From positions 4,096,001-4,160,000 of the forward strand of contig OZ253580.1 of the NCBI GenBank assembly GCA_965263035.1: 64,000 nt of DNA, given 5' to 3'. Under the pieces are notes generated by a model, which was not told where the DNA came from, searched no databases, and was given only the letters and a program-made list of their open reading frames with translations. Positions within the stretch are counted from its first letter, which is position 1, and every line of letters starts with the position of its first letter. Both the position numbers and the translations under genes were made by a program. Origin of the DNA: Acidobacteriota bacterium. Lineage in GTDB: Bacteria; Acidobacteriota; UBA6911; RPQK01; JAJDTT01. Positions 39,402-48,296 of this stretch are shown here, piece after piece.

Positions 39402-41636
39402 ATGGGCATTTCGGGACACCATCGGAGACGTAAATTTTGTCTCCTCTTGGCGCTCTGGATGCTCTGGCCCGGTAGCGCTCCGGCTTGGGCATCGGGTCAG
39501 TCCCAGGCGCCGGTGAGCGTGGTCACCGGCGGTTCCGCCCCGCAGCTCGAGCAGTTCGCGGCCCGCGAACTGTGCGGCTATCTGGAGAAGCTGTTCGGCC
39601 TGAAGGCCACGCCGGTCCGGCAATGGATCGAATCCTCACGGAACACCTTTCTGGTAGGAAATCCCTCGACCAATTCAGCTATTCCGAGGACCGCGTTTCC
39701 CGAAGTGAGCGATCAGGGGATCGTGCTGCGGAGCGTCACCTCCGGGGGGCGCCCGGCGCTGATCGTCGGTGGAGGCAGCCCCCGCGCCACCCTCTGGGCG
39801 GTGTACGAATTGGCCGAGCGTTGGGGAGTCCGGTATCTGGTCCGGGGTGACGTCCTGCCGGCAAAGAAGGAACTGGACTTCGCTGAGCTGGACGTGGTCA
39901 TGGAGCCCATCCTGCGAGTGCGGGCCCATCCCACGATCCAGGATTTCGCCTCCAGCGGCGAGTCTTGGGCGGCCGCGGACTTCTTTCGCCTGATCGATCA
40001 ACTGGCCAAGCTGAAGTTCTCCCGCATCAACTTCTACGCCTACGGCTGGCAACCCTATCTGCACTATGAACTGAAGGGGATCCAACGAAAATCGGCGTGG
40101 CTCTGGTACGACTACCACTACCCCATCACTCCCGACATGCCGGGAAGGGAACTGTTCGGCGACGCCACCGAGTTCTGGAATCCCGATCTCCCCCTGAATT
40201 CGAGCTACGAGCGCTTCATCGAAGCCGGGCTGAAGTTGGGGCGAGCGCTGGTCTTGCACGCCAAGAGCCGCGGGATGGAGGTGGCGGTCTCGGCTCCGAC
40301 CACCGATTTCACACCCGAGTTCGCTCCTCTGCTCAAAGGCGCCGAAAGGAGCGGCATCCGCAGCGGCCTGACCATCGTCCCTGGAGCCGAAACCCCGTTG
40401 GATGACCCTCAACTGGCGGAACTGGCCCTGACCACCCTCAAGGCGACCATCGACACCTACCCGGAGGCCGACTACGTCACGGTCTGGATGCCGGAGGTGC
40501 GCCAGTGGACCGGTGAGTACGAACGCGCCTGGAAGGCGCTGGACGCCAAGCACGGGATCAGCCGGGTCCGTTCGTTGGAGCAGATCTTTGCGGCGGCAGC
40601 ACGGCGCCGGGGCTCCGAGGTCGGCCGGGAGCGGGTGATGAACGAGATCAAGGGGGACATCGCCAGCCTCTACTTCTACGAACGCCTGCTGAAGGATTCC
40701 CGGGTGCTGGAAACCACGCGGCGGCCGGACATGAAGTTCATGTACTGGGGTGTGTCCGAGGAGCTGTTTCCGATTATCGAGCGCATTCTTCCCGCCGGGT
40801 GGGAAATCGGGGTCATGCCCTCCAATCAGCCGGTCCGGCTCTTGCGGCGGATCGAGGTCCTGAAGGAACTTCCGGCGCAGAACCCGGGCGTTCTGGACCT
40901 GACCATCGATGACGACAACCTCGGAATGGTGCCCCAACTGACGCCCAAGTGGCTTTCCCGCATCGTGCAGGTTCTGAAGCGCAACCGCTGGGCCGGTTTC
41001 ACCGCCCGCGAACGGTTCCCTTACGATCACGATTGGCCCCTCGCCTACCTCTCCCGCGCGGCGTGGCATGAGGACGTTCGTCCGGACGACGTGGCCCGCG
41101 ACCAGCTTTCCGCCGTTTGCGGACCCGAGTGCGCGGAAGAGCTGCTGGACGGATTCCATGAGATCGAGTGGGTGACCACCCTGCTGGCCGATGCCAACCG
41201 CAACTTCTCCAAGGAAAGGCCGGGAACGCTGATGAAGTATTGGCGGCCGGGGCCGGTGCCCACCTACCTGGCGGCGGTCCGGAGCGGCTATGAACGGGCC
41301 CTGAGTGCCGTCCGTCGAGCACAGGTGAAATCGACTCCCGCAGGACGTAGCTACCTGGATTTCTGGCAGGGCCGTTTCGAATTCGCCGTCGGGTATACGG
41401 ATACGGTCCGAAACGTCCACCAGGCCGGTGCGGCCGAAATGGTCAACGACTATTCGAGCGCCCTGAAGCATGCCCGGGAGGGGCTGGGAAGCCTGCGCCG
41501 GGGATTGGAAGCATACGCCCGGATCGCCCGCAGCCAGACCGACCGGGGAGCCATCGCCATGCTGGGCGAGTTTGCCTATCGGCCCTTGAAGGCCAAGATC
41601 GCCGAATTGACCCGCCTGGTCGAGGATGGACAGTAA
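39402..41636 (+). CDS. Paralog 4 (Sec signal, AWA cleavage)
   Basis: Same conserved blocks. Confidence 0.75.
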   Translation: MGISGHHRRRKFCLLLALWMLWPGSAPAWASGQSQAPVSVVTGGSAPQLEQFAARELCGYLEKLFGLKATPVRQWIESSRNTFLVGNPSTNSAIPRTAFPEVSDQGIVLRSVTSGGRPALIVGGGSPRATLWAVYELAERWGVRYLVRGDVLPAKKELDFAELDVVMEPILRVRAHPTIQDFASSGESWAAADFFRLIDQLAKLKFSRINFYAYGWQPYLHYELKGIQRKSAWLWYDYHYPITPDMPGRELFGDATEFWNPDLPLNSSYERFIEAGLKLGRALVLHAKSRGMEVAVSAPTTDFTPEFAPLLKGAERSGIRSGLTIVPGAETPLDDPQLAELALTTLKATIDTYPEADYVTVWMPEVRQWTGEYERAWKALDAKHGISRVRSLEQIFAAAARRRGSEVGRERVMNEIKGDIASLYFYERLLKDSRVLETTRRPDMKFMYWGVSEELFPIIERILPAGWEIGVMPSNQPVRLLRRIEVLKELPAQNPGVLDLTIDDDNLGMVPQLTPKWLSRIVQVLKRNRWAGFTARERFPYDHDWPLAYLSRAAWHEDVRPDDVARDQLSAVCGPECAEELLDGFHEIEWVTTLLADANRNFSKERPGTLMKYWRPGPVPTYLAAVRSGYERALSAVRRAQVKSTPAGRSYLDFWQGRFEFAVGYTDTVRNVHQAGAAEMVNDYSSALKHAREGLGSLRRGLEAYARIARSQTDRGAIAMLGEFAYRPLKAKIAELTRLVEDGQ

Positions 41637-41686
41637 TTTGAGTTCCATAATCTCGAATTCTTGTGCAAATCGACGAAGAATTATCC

Positions 41687-41715
41687 GTAGGGGCGTCCCT
41701 TGTGGGCGCCCTCTT
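41687..41715 (+). repeat. GTAG-type REP element
   Basis: GTAGGGGCGTCCCTTGTGGGCGCCCTCTT; 2 mismatches to the 22282 copy. Confidence 0.7.
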
Positions 41716-41824
41716 CGGTCCAAAGCGGAGCAAGACGGGGCCAGACGAAGAGTCGGCGGCTCGACGTCGTCCGAGCGTCCGATGATGAGGGCGGCTATTT
41801 GACGAAACGGGGAAGGTGGAGGGC

Positions 41825-44011
41825 ATGAGACTCAAGTACTGCGCCGTCGTTTTGTTGTTGGCGGGCTGGGGTTGTTCGACGGCCCCCGCCCGGGTGGACG
41901 TTCTGGTGGGCAGCGCCGCGCCGGAACTGGAGCGCTTTGCGGCGCGGGAGCTCTGTGACTACTTGTCGAAGCTGTACGGAATCCAGGCCCACCCGAGCAG
42001 GCACGCCACTGCGGACGGAGAAGCGGTGTTTCTGATCGGTCGTCCTGAAACCAACGCAGCGGTGCGGCAGGCGCTCGGGGAGAGCGGGTTCGGGGAAACA
42101 ACGGATCAAGGCCTGGTGCTGAAGCGGACCCGGTGGGAAGGAACGCCGGCTCTGGTGGTGGGAGGCGGCAGTCCGCGGGCGACGTTGTGGGCCGTCTATG
42201 AGTTGGCGGAGCGCTGGGGCGTGCGCTACCTCACCGACCGGGACGCGTTGCCGCCGGAGGAGCGGGAATTCCAAGTCCCCGATCTGGACGTGCTGATGGA
42301 ACCGGTCTTCCGTATTCGAGCCCATCCCACCCTCCAGGATTTCGCTCCCAGCGGTGAAGCCTGGGGAATGGCCGATTTTCGGGTGCTGATCGACCAGCTC
42401 GCCAAGCTGAAGTTCACCCGGATGAACGTCTACCCATTCGGATACCAACCCTATCTCCAGTGGGAGCACAAGGGCATCCAGCGAAGGTCCGCCTCCCTCT
42501 GGTACGAACAACACTTTCCCATCACCCCCGACATGATCGGGAGGGAGCTGTTCGAAGACGCTGCCGAGTTCTGGAATCCGGATCTTCCTCTGGGGGGCAG
42601 TTACGACGATTTGATGGCTGCCGGCGAGCGGCAGGTCCACAACCTGATCGAGTACGCTCACCGGCGGGGGATGGAGTGCGACATCTTCGCACCGACGATC
42701 GATTTCCCCCCGGAATTCGCGCCCTTGCTGAAAGGAGCGGGGAGGTCCGGCCAGCTGACCGTACATCCTGGCTTCAACACTCCCATCGACGACTCCAGCC
42801 TCTCCGAGTTGTCCGCCGCCGTCCTACAGGCAACGGTCAACACCTACCCGGAAGTGGATCGCATCATGGTGGCGATGCCGGAGAAGCGCCAGTGGCTGGG
42901 GCAGTACGAACGGGCTTGGCGGGAGTTGGACGCCAAGTACGGGATCAGCCAGGTGCGCTCGCTCGACGACATCCTCGCCGCCGCCGAGAACCGCAAGGGA
43001 TCGAGGCGCTGGCCGGGAAAGCGGGGTCTGGACCAGGCCAAGGCCGACATCGCCTCTCTCTTCTTTTACGACCGGCTGCTCCTGGACGGTGGAGTGCTGA
43101 GGGACACTCAGCGGCCCGATATCCAGTTCGTTTACATGGAGCCGGCCGAGGAGTTGTATCCCCTTCTGGACCGGATTCTGCCCAGTGGATGGGAGGTGGG
43201 TGCGCACCCGGAAAACCAGCCGGAACATTTTCTGCCCCGCGCCGAAGTCCTGGGGACTCTCAACACGCGGAAGATCCCGGGGATCATGCACGTGACGCTG
43301 GACGACGACGTGGTCGGACTGGTGCCCCAACTCCGACCGACCGTTCTCCACGAATTCATGACCCAGCTCCGCCGGCACGGTTGGACCGGGTTTGCGGCTC
43401 GGGAGCGGTTTCCGGCCGATCATGACGCCGTGCTGGCCTATCTCGCCGAGGCGGGCTGGAACTCGGAGGCAGAGCCGGACGTCGTGGCCAGAGACCTGAT
43501 CCGTACGGTCTGCGGCGAGGCATCCGTCGAGGACATGCTGGCCGCCCTGCACCTGGTGGAGTCGGCCACCCTCAACCTGGCGACGAACAAGATCAATTTC
43601 TCCTTCTACGTGCCGGGAATGATGATGAAGTTCTGGAACGCGGAACCCAAGCCCGCTTATCTGGTCGAGCTGCAGCAGGACTATGTGCAGGCCTTGGAGG
43701 CGGCTCGCCGGGCCCTGGAGAAATCCCGTCCGGAAGGCCGTTGGTACCCCGATTTCTGGGTGGGACGGATAGAGTTCGCACTGGGCTACGCCAACGCGGT
43801 CGAGGCCATGGGCCGAGGCGCCACGGTCGAAGCCGCCGGGAAGCGCGCGGAAGCTGCGAAGCACGCCGATGAAGCCCTGAGCTTCCTGCGCGGCGGGCTG
43901 GAAGCGTACGTCCGGGTGGCTCGCAACCGCACCGATCTGGGGGCCATCGCGGTAATGAACGAGTTTGGCTACCGGGCCCTGCAACGCAAACGGACCGAAC
44001 TGGGCAATTGA
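41825..44011 (+). CDS. Paralog 5 (lipoprotein)
   Basis: MRLKYCAVVLLLAGWGC lipobox; same blocks. Confidence 0.78.
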   Translation: MRLKYCAVVLLLAGWGCSTAPARVDVLVGSAAPELERFAARELCDYLSKLYGIQAHPSRHATADGEAVFLIGRPETNAAVRQALGESGFGETTDQGLVLKRTRWEGTPALVVGGGSPRATLWAVYELAERWGVRYLTDRDALPPEEREFQVPDLDVLMEPVFRIRAHPTLQDFAPSGEAWGMADFRVLIDQLAKLKFTRMNVYPFGYQPYLQWEHKGIQRRSASLWYEQHFPITPDMIGRELFEDAAEFWNPDLPLGGSYDDLMAAGERQVHNLIEYAHRRGMECDIFAPTIDFPPEFAPLLKGAGRSGQLTVHPGFNTPIDDSSLSELSAAVLQATVNTYPEVDRIMVAMPEKRQWLGQYERAWRELDAKYGISQVRSLDDILAAAENRKGSRRWPGKRGLDQAKADIASLFFYDRLLLDGGVLRDTQRPDIQFVYMEPAEELYPLLDRILPSGWEVGAHPENQPEHFLPRAEVLGTLNTRKIPGIMHVTLDDDVVGLVPQLRPTVLHEFMTQLRRHGWTGFAARERFPADHDAVLAYLAEAGWNSEAEPDVVARDLIRTVCGEASVEDMLAALHLVESATLNLATNKINFSFYVPGMMMKFWNAEPKPAYLVELQQDYVQALEAARRALEKSRPEGRWYPDFWVGRIEFALGYANAVEAMGRGATVEAAGKRAEAAKHADEALSFLRGGLEAYVRVARNRTDLGAIAVMNEFGYRALQRKRTELGN

Positions 44012-44023
44012 GGAGGCTGCGGG

Positions 44024-46285
44024 ATGAGAAGGGCATTTGGTCGGTGCAACGGTCTGTCGTTTCGGATCGCTCCCACCGTGCTGGCGGGTGCGGTCCTGAT
44101 CCTTGGTTTCGGGCCGGCCCCTTTGCCGGCCAAGGATTCCCCCGGCGTGGACGTGATCGTGGGCAGTGCGGCACCGGAGTTGGAGCGGTTCGCGGCGCAG
44201 GAGCTTTCCGACTACCTGGCGAAGCTCTACGGAATCCAAGCTCATCCCCACCGGGAGGTCTGCGCCGGCGCAGACGCCGTGTTTCTCATCGGCAGTCCTG
44301 AAACGAATTCGGCAGTCCGGCAGGCGCTGGGCGAGAGCGGTTTCGGGGAGGTCACGGATCAGGGCCTGGTCCTGAAAAGGACCCGCTGGGAAGAACGGCC
44401 GGGGCTGGTCGTCGGAGGCGGCAGCCCTCGGGCCACGTTGTGGGCGGTCTACGAGTTGGTGGAGCGTTGGGGAGTGCGCTACCTCACCGACCGGGACGTA
44501 CTGCCGGAGCGGGCGGAGGAATTCCAGTTGCCGGACCTGGACGTAACGATGGAGCCGGTCTTTCGCATTCGCGCGCACCCCACGATTCAGGATTTCGCCT
44601 GCAGCGGGGAAGCCTGGGGGATCGCCGATTTTCGGGTGCTGCTCAACCAGTTGTCCAAAATGAAGTTCAGCCGGGTCAACATCTACCCCTTCGGATATCA
44701 GCCCTACCTGCACTGGAAGTCCAAAGGGATCGAGCGCCGGTCCGCGTGGCTCTGGTACGACTACCACTACCCGATCACGCCGGACATGGTGGGCCGGGAA
44801 CTCTTCGGGGACTCCAAGAAGTTCTGGAACCCGGACCTGCCCGAGGACGGGAGCTACCAGGAACTCGTCGCCGCCGGCGAGCGGCAGGTCCACAACCTGA
44901 TCGAGCATGCTCACCGGCGCGGACTGGAAACCAACAACTATGCGGACATCACGCAGTTCCCTCCGGAATTCGCCCCCCTGCTGAAGGATGCTCAGAAGGT
45001 CCGGCAACTCGGTCAACTGATGGTGGTTCCGGGAGCCTCGACGCCGGTGGACGACCCCCGTTACCGCGATCTGTGCACCGCCGTGCTCAAGACGATCATC
45101 GAAACCTATCCGGAGACGGACCTGATCACCATCAGCATTCCCGAGTGGCGGCAGTGGACGGCAGTCTACGAGGACGCCTGGAACGTGCTGGATGCCAAAT
45201 ACGGCCTGAGCGGCATCCGCTCTCTCGCGGAAGTCCTGGACGCAGGGCGCAACCGCAAGTGGTTTCGGGGGCCGGAAGGCTGGAAGAAGTCCCTCGACGA
45301 GGTCAAGGGAGACCTGGCCAGTCTGGTGTTCTACGACGACCTCCTGGAAAGTCTGGGACCGCTGCAAGGCTCAACAGGCGCCCCCAAGCGAATCATGTTC
45401 TGGGGCATGGCGGAGGAACTGTGGCCCCTGTTGGGCAGGATTCTTCGGCCCGGCACCGAAGTCGGCCTGATGCCGGACAATTTCCAGACCCACGTCCTGA
45501 AGCGCCGGGAAATCTTCGGCACCTTCCCCACGACGGAGGTCGCGGGCGTTCTGCATCTCACGCTGGACGACGACAACGTCGGAGTGATGCCCCAGATTAC
45601 GATTTCGGCCGTCCATGAACTGGTCAAGGAACTCCGGAAGGGCTGGGCCGGCTTCGTCGCCCGCGAGCGCTTCCCCGCCGACCATGACTGGGTCCTGGCG
45701 TACCTTTCGAGAGCGGGTTGGGACGCCGAGGCGACGCCCGATGGCGTCGCTGCCGACTTCCTGCAGGGGGTCTGCGGTCAGGCCTGCGGTGTGGCTCTAC
45801 TGGAAGCCTTCCGGGAGGTCGAAGCGGCGACCACCGCCTTCGAGCAGAGCGACTATGGATTCGGATTCCCGGTCCCAGGCCTGATGATGAAGCATTGGAG
45901 ACGGCCGGGACCGATACCGGAATATGTTTCCCAAGTCCGGAATCACTACCAGAGTGGCCTGGACGCGGCGCGGCGAGCCCATCAGCAGGCCAAGGGTGCG
46001 GGGCGCTCGCTGGCGGCCTTCTGGATCGGAAGATTGGAGTTCGCGGTCGATTACGTCAACACCGTGGTAGCGGTTCGCCGAGCCGCGACGGCCGAGTCGT
46101 CCGGCCAAACGGAAGAGGCGTTGCGCGAGGTACAGGAAGCTCTCCGGACTCTGGGAAGTGCGCTGGAATCCTATGCCCGGGTTGCCCGCAACCGCACCGA
46201 TCTGGGAGTCATCGCCATCGTCAACGAGTACGGCTACCGGCCATTACTGGAGAAGAGCGCCGCTCTGGAGAGAATCGTGAATTGA
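44024..46285 (+). CDS. Paralog 6 (Sec signal)
   Basis: GAGGAGG RBS; same blocks. Confidence 0.78.
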   Translation: MRRAFGRCNGLSFRIAPTVLAGAVLILGFGPAPLPAKDSPGVDVIVGSAAPELERFAAQELSDYLAKLYGIQAHPHREVCAGADAVFLIGSPETNSAVRQALGESGFGEVTDQGLVLKRTRWEERPGLVVGGGSPRATLWAVYELVERWGVRYLTDRDVLPERAEEFQLPDLDVTMEPVFRIRAHPTIQDFACSGEAWGIADFRVLLNQLSKMKFSRVNIYPFGYQPYLHWKSKGIERRSAWLWYDYHYPITPDMVGRELFGDSKKFWNPDLPEDGSYQELVAAGERQVHNLIEHAHRRGLETNNYADITQFPPEFAPLLKDAQKVRQLGQLMVVPGASTPVDDPRYRDLCTAVLKTIIETYPETDLITISIPEWRQWTAVYEDAWNVLDAKYGLSGIRSLAEVLDAGRNRKWFRGPEGWKKSLDEVKGDLASLVFYDDLLESLGPLQGSTGAPKRIMFWGMAEELWPLLGRILRPGTEVGLMPDNFQTHVLKRREIFGTFPTTEVAGVLHLTLDDDNVGVMPQITISAVHELVKELRKGWAGFVARERFPADHDWVLAYLSRAGWDAEATPDGVAADFLQGVCGQACGVALLEAFREVEAATTAFEQSDYGFGFPVPGLMMKHWRRPGPIPEYVSQVRNHYQSGLDAARRAHQQAKGAGRSLAAFWIGRLEFAVDYVNTVVAVRRAATAESSGQTEEALREVQEALRTLGSALESYARVARNRTDLGVIAIVNEYGYRPLLEKSAALERIVN

Positions 46286-46303
46286 TAATCCGTCCCACCG
46301 GCC

Positions 46304-46384
46304 GGGAGCGGCGGCTTTCTTGCCGCCGACTGGGAGCGGCGACTTTCTTGTCGCCGACTGGGAGCGGCGACTTTCTTGTCGCCG
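46304..46384 (+). repeat. Three tandem 28-bp palindromic units (GGAG-headed REP-like)
   Basis: GGGAGCGGCGACTTTCTTGTCGCCGACT at 46304, 46332 and 46360; no spacers. Confidence 0.85.
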
Positions 46385-46491
46385 CACTCCGGACTCACGT
46401 TCCGACGAGACGATGGCGCCGACGAAGCGATGACGAGTCCCTCCCCAAGGGACGGAATGAAGGTCTGCCATTCTGACGAGGAAAAAGCCAC

Positions 46492-47670
46492 ATGAAGATC
46501 ACAGACATCATTGCACACGTGATGGAGATCCCCGATCCGGATGGCCGGACTCCGCGCCGGAACTGGATCTTCGTCGAGATCCGCACCGATGAGGGTCTCA
46601 CCGGAATCGGAGAGGCGACCACCGAGTACTGCGAGCTCGCCGTCAAAGCCCAGATCGAGACGGAACTCCGGCCTCGGCTCCTGGGGATGAACCCTTTGGA
46701 AATCGGACGCATCTGGACCCTGGGCTTCCGCCATTTCTGGTGGAGAATGGGCGTCGTTCACACCAGCGCCATGAGCGGGATCGATCAGGCCCTGTGGGAC
46801 CTCAAAGGCAAGGCAACCGGTCTGCCCGTATACGAGTTGCTGGGAGGGCGTGTACGGGACCGGGTCCGTCTCTACGCCCGGATCCGCGACATCTTCGCCG
46901 AGGGGGAGGCCACCCTGGAGGAAGACATCCTCCAAGCCGTCGAAGAGGAAGGGTTCGACGCCTTCAAGTCCGGATTCGGCCCATTGACCCAGCCCTTCGA
47001 TGAAATCGAGCAGGTCAGAAGAGCCGTCGACGACTACCGCCGAATGAGAGATGCCGCGGGCCCGGACGTGGCGCTGATGTGCGATGCGGCCGGCGTCTAT
47101 TCTTCGACGGCGGCGGCCCGCCTGATTGAGGGTCTGAGGGAAGTCGACATCTTCTTCGTGGAGGAACCGACGAACCAGGACACGGTCAATCCCACACTCC
47201 AGTTGAAACGCGCCTATCCGGACGTGAAGATCGCCGTGGGAGAACGCCTCTTCACCCGTTGGGCATTCCGGGAGTGGTTCGAAAACCAGGCCATCGACGT
47301 CTGCCAAGCGGACATCTGCCACACGGGCGGGATCAGCGAGCTGATGAAGATCGCCCACTACGCGGAGGTGTACGGGATCCAGATCGCTCCCCACAATCCA
47401 TACGGTCCGGTGGCCCTGGCCGCCGCTGCCCACGCGGCCGCGGCCATGCCGAACTTCGTCCTGCTGGAGCACTGCCGGCTGCGCCCCTGGTTCGAGGACG
47501 TGCAGAAGGTCGCGGTCCCCATCGTCAGAGGCTACGTCGACCTGGACGAACTCGGAAAGCGGCCGGGACTCGGAGTGGAGCTCGACATGGAGATGATCAA
47601 GAACCGGCCCCACAGGCCGTTGGGCGCCAACCCCTTCGTCCTCAAGGACGGGTCTTCGCCTCTGGTCTAG
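46492..47670 (+). CDS. Enolase-superfamily acid-sugar dehydratase (galactonate dehydratase-like)
   Basis: RNWIFVEI.TDEG.TG.GE, SGIDQALWDLKGK, FVEEP, AVGER, GGISE..KIA, APHNP.GP. Confidence 0.88.
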   Translation: MKITDIIAHVMEIPDPDGRTPRRNWIFVEIRTDEGLTGIGEATTEYCELAVKAQIETELRPRLLGMNPLEIGRIWTLGFRHFWWRMGVVHTSAMSGIDQALWDLKGKATGLPVYELLGGRVRDRVRLYARIRDIFAEGEATLEEDILQAVEEEGFDAFKSGFGPLTQPFDEIEQVRRAVDDYRRMRDAAGPDVALMCDAAGVYSSTAAARLIEGLREVDIFFVEEPTNQDTVNPTLQLKRAYPDVKIAVGERLFTRWAFREWFENQAIDVCQADICHTGGISELMKIAHYAEVYGIQIAPHNPYGPVALAAAAHAAAAMPNFVLLEHCRLRPWFEDVQKVAVPIVRGYVDLDELGKRPGLGVELDMEMIKNRPHRPLGANPFVLKDGSSPLV

Positions 47671-47921
47671 CAGCTCTGTCTATACTCGGGGCCATCGATT
47701 CCGTGCAGAGCAACCCACACTCTGCCTGAGAGTTCCGGCCGGCGTCTTACGGCTACCGCCGGATCGAAAAGGCCTGTGAGAACGGGTGCGGGAGAATCTA
47801 CCAGCGGCTGGCGATATTGGAAGCCGTTCCTGGCCACCCAACCGGACATAGGCTGGGATGACGAATCCGGGAGAGAAACCAACTCCATGCGAACTGTTTT
47901 CCGGGCGGACACGAGTCTGAT

Positions 47922-48257
47922 TCAGAGGGTTGCACGCGTCTCGGCATGACGGCGGATCCGCGACCGGATCTTCTCGCCGTTCTCGACCAGTTCCTTCGAC
48001 AGTTCATAGGCCGACTGGGCATTCATCCAGAACTCGGGGGTCTGTCCGAAATACGCGCCCAACGCGATCGCCGTCTCCGCCGTCACGCCGCGCCGCTTGT
48101 GAACGATCTCATGAAGACGCGTTGCAGGAAGGCCGATGTCCCGGGCCACGCCGTTGACGCTCAGTCCCATCTCCCTGATCTGCTCAACCAGCAGGGCGCC
48201 GGGATGCGTGGCGATCCGATTCGTGGGCACATAAACCATTCTCTTGCCCCTTTCCAT
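47922..48257 (-). CDS. higA: HigA family antitoxin (Xre HTH)
   Basis: HPGALL, RLHEIV..RRGVTAETAI.LG.YFG.TPEFWMN.Q..YEL; AGGAGG RBS. Confidence 0.9.
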   Translation of the reverse strand: MERGKRMVYVPTNRIATHPGALLVEQIREMGLSVNGVARDIGLPATRLHEIVHKRRGVTAETAIALGAYFGQTPEFWMNAQSAYELSKELVENGEKIRSRIRRHAETRATL

Positions 48258-48296
48258 GGAAACCTCCTACCCGCCCTGTCTGATGAGGTGTCGGGG

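Noticed and set aside
22721-46285. Diversity-generating retroelement or invertase shufflon explaining the paralogs
   Set aside because: No reverse transcriptase or recombinase; differences are synonymous-rich and not adenine-specific
46304-46384. CRISPR array
   Set aside because: The 28-bp palindromic units are directly adjacent with no spacers, and there are no cas genes in the window
46492-47670. Gene symbol dgoD
   Set aside because: Family resemblance only; it lacks the D.HGR motif (has CDAAG), so substrate is uncertain
47667-47912. 81-aa ORF as the missing HigB toxin
   Set aside because: Wrong side of higA, with no RelE/HigB-like residues
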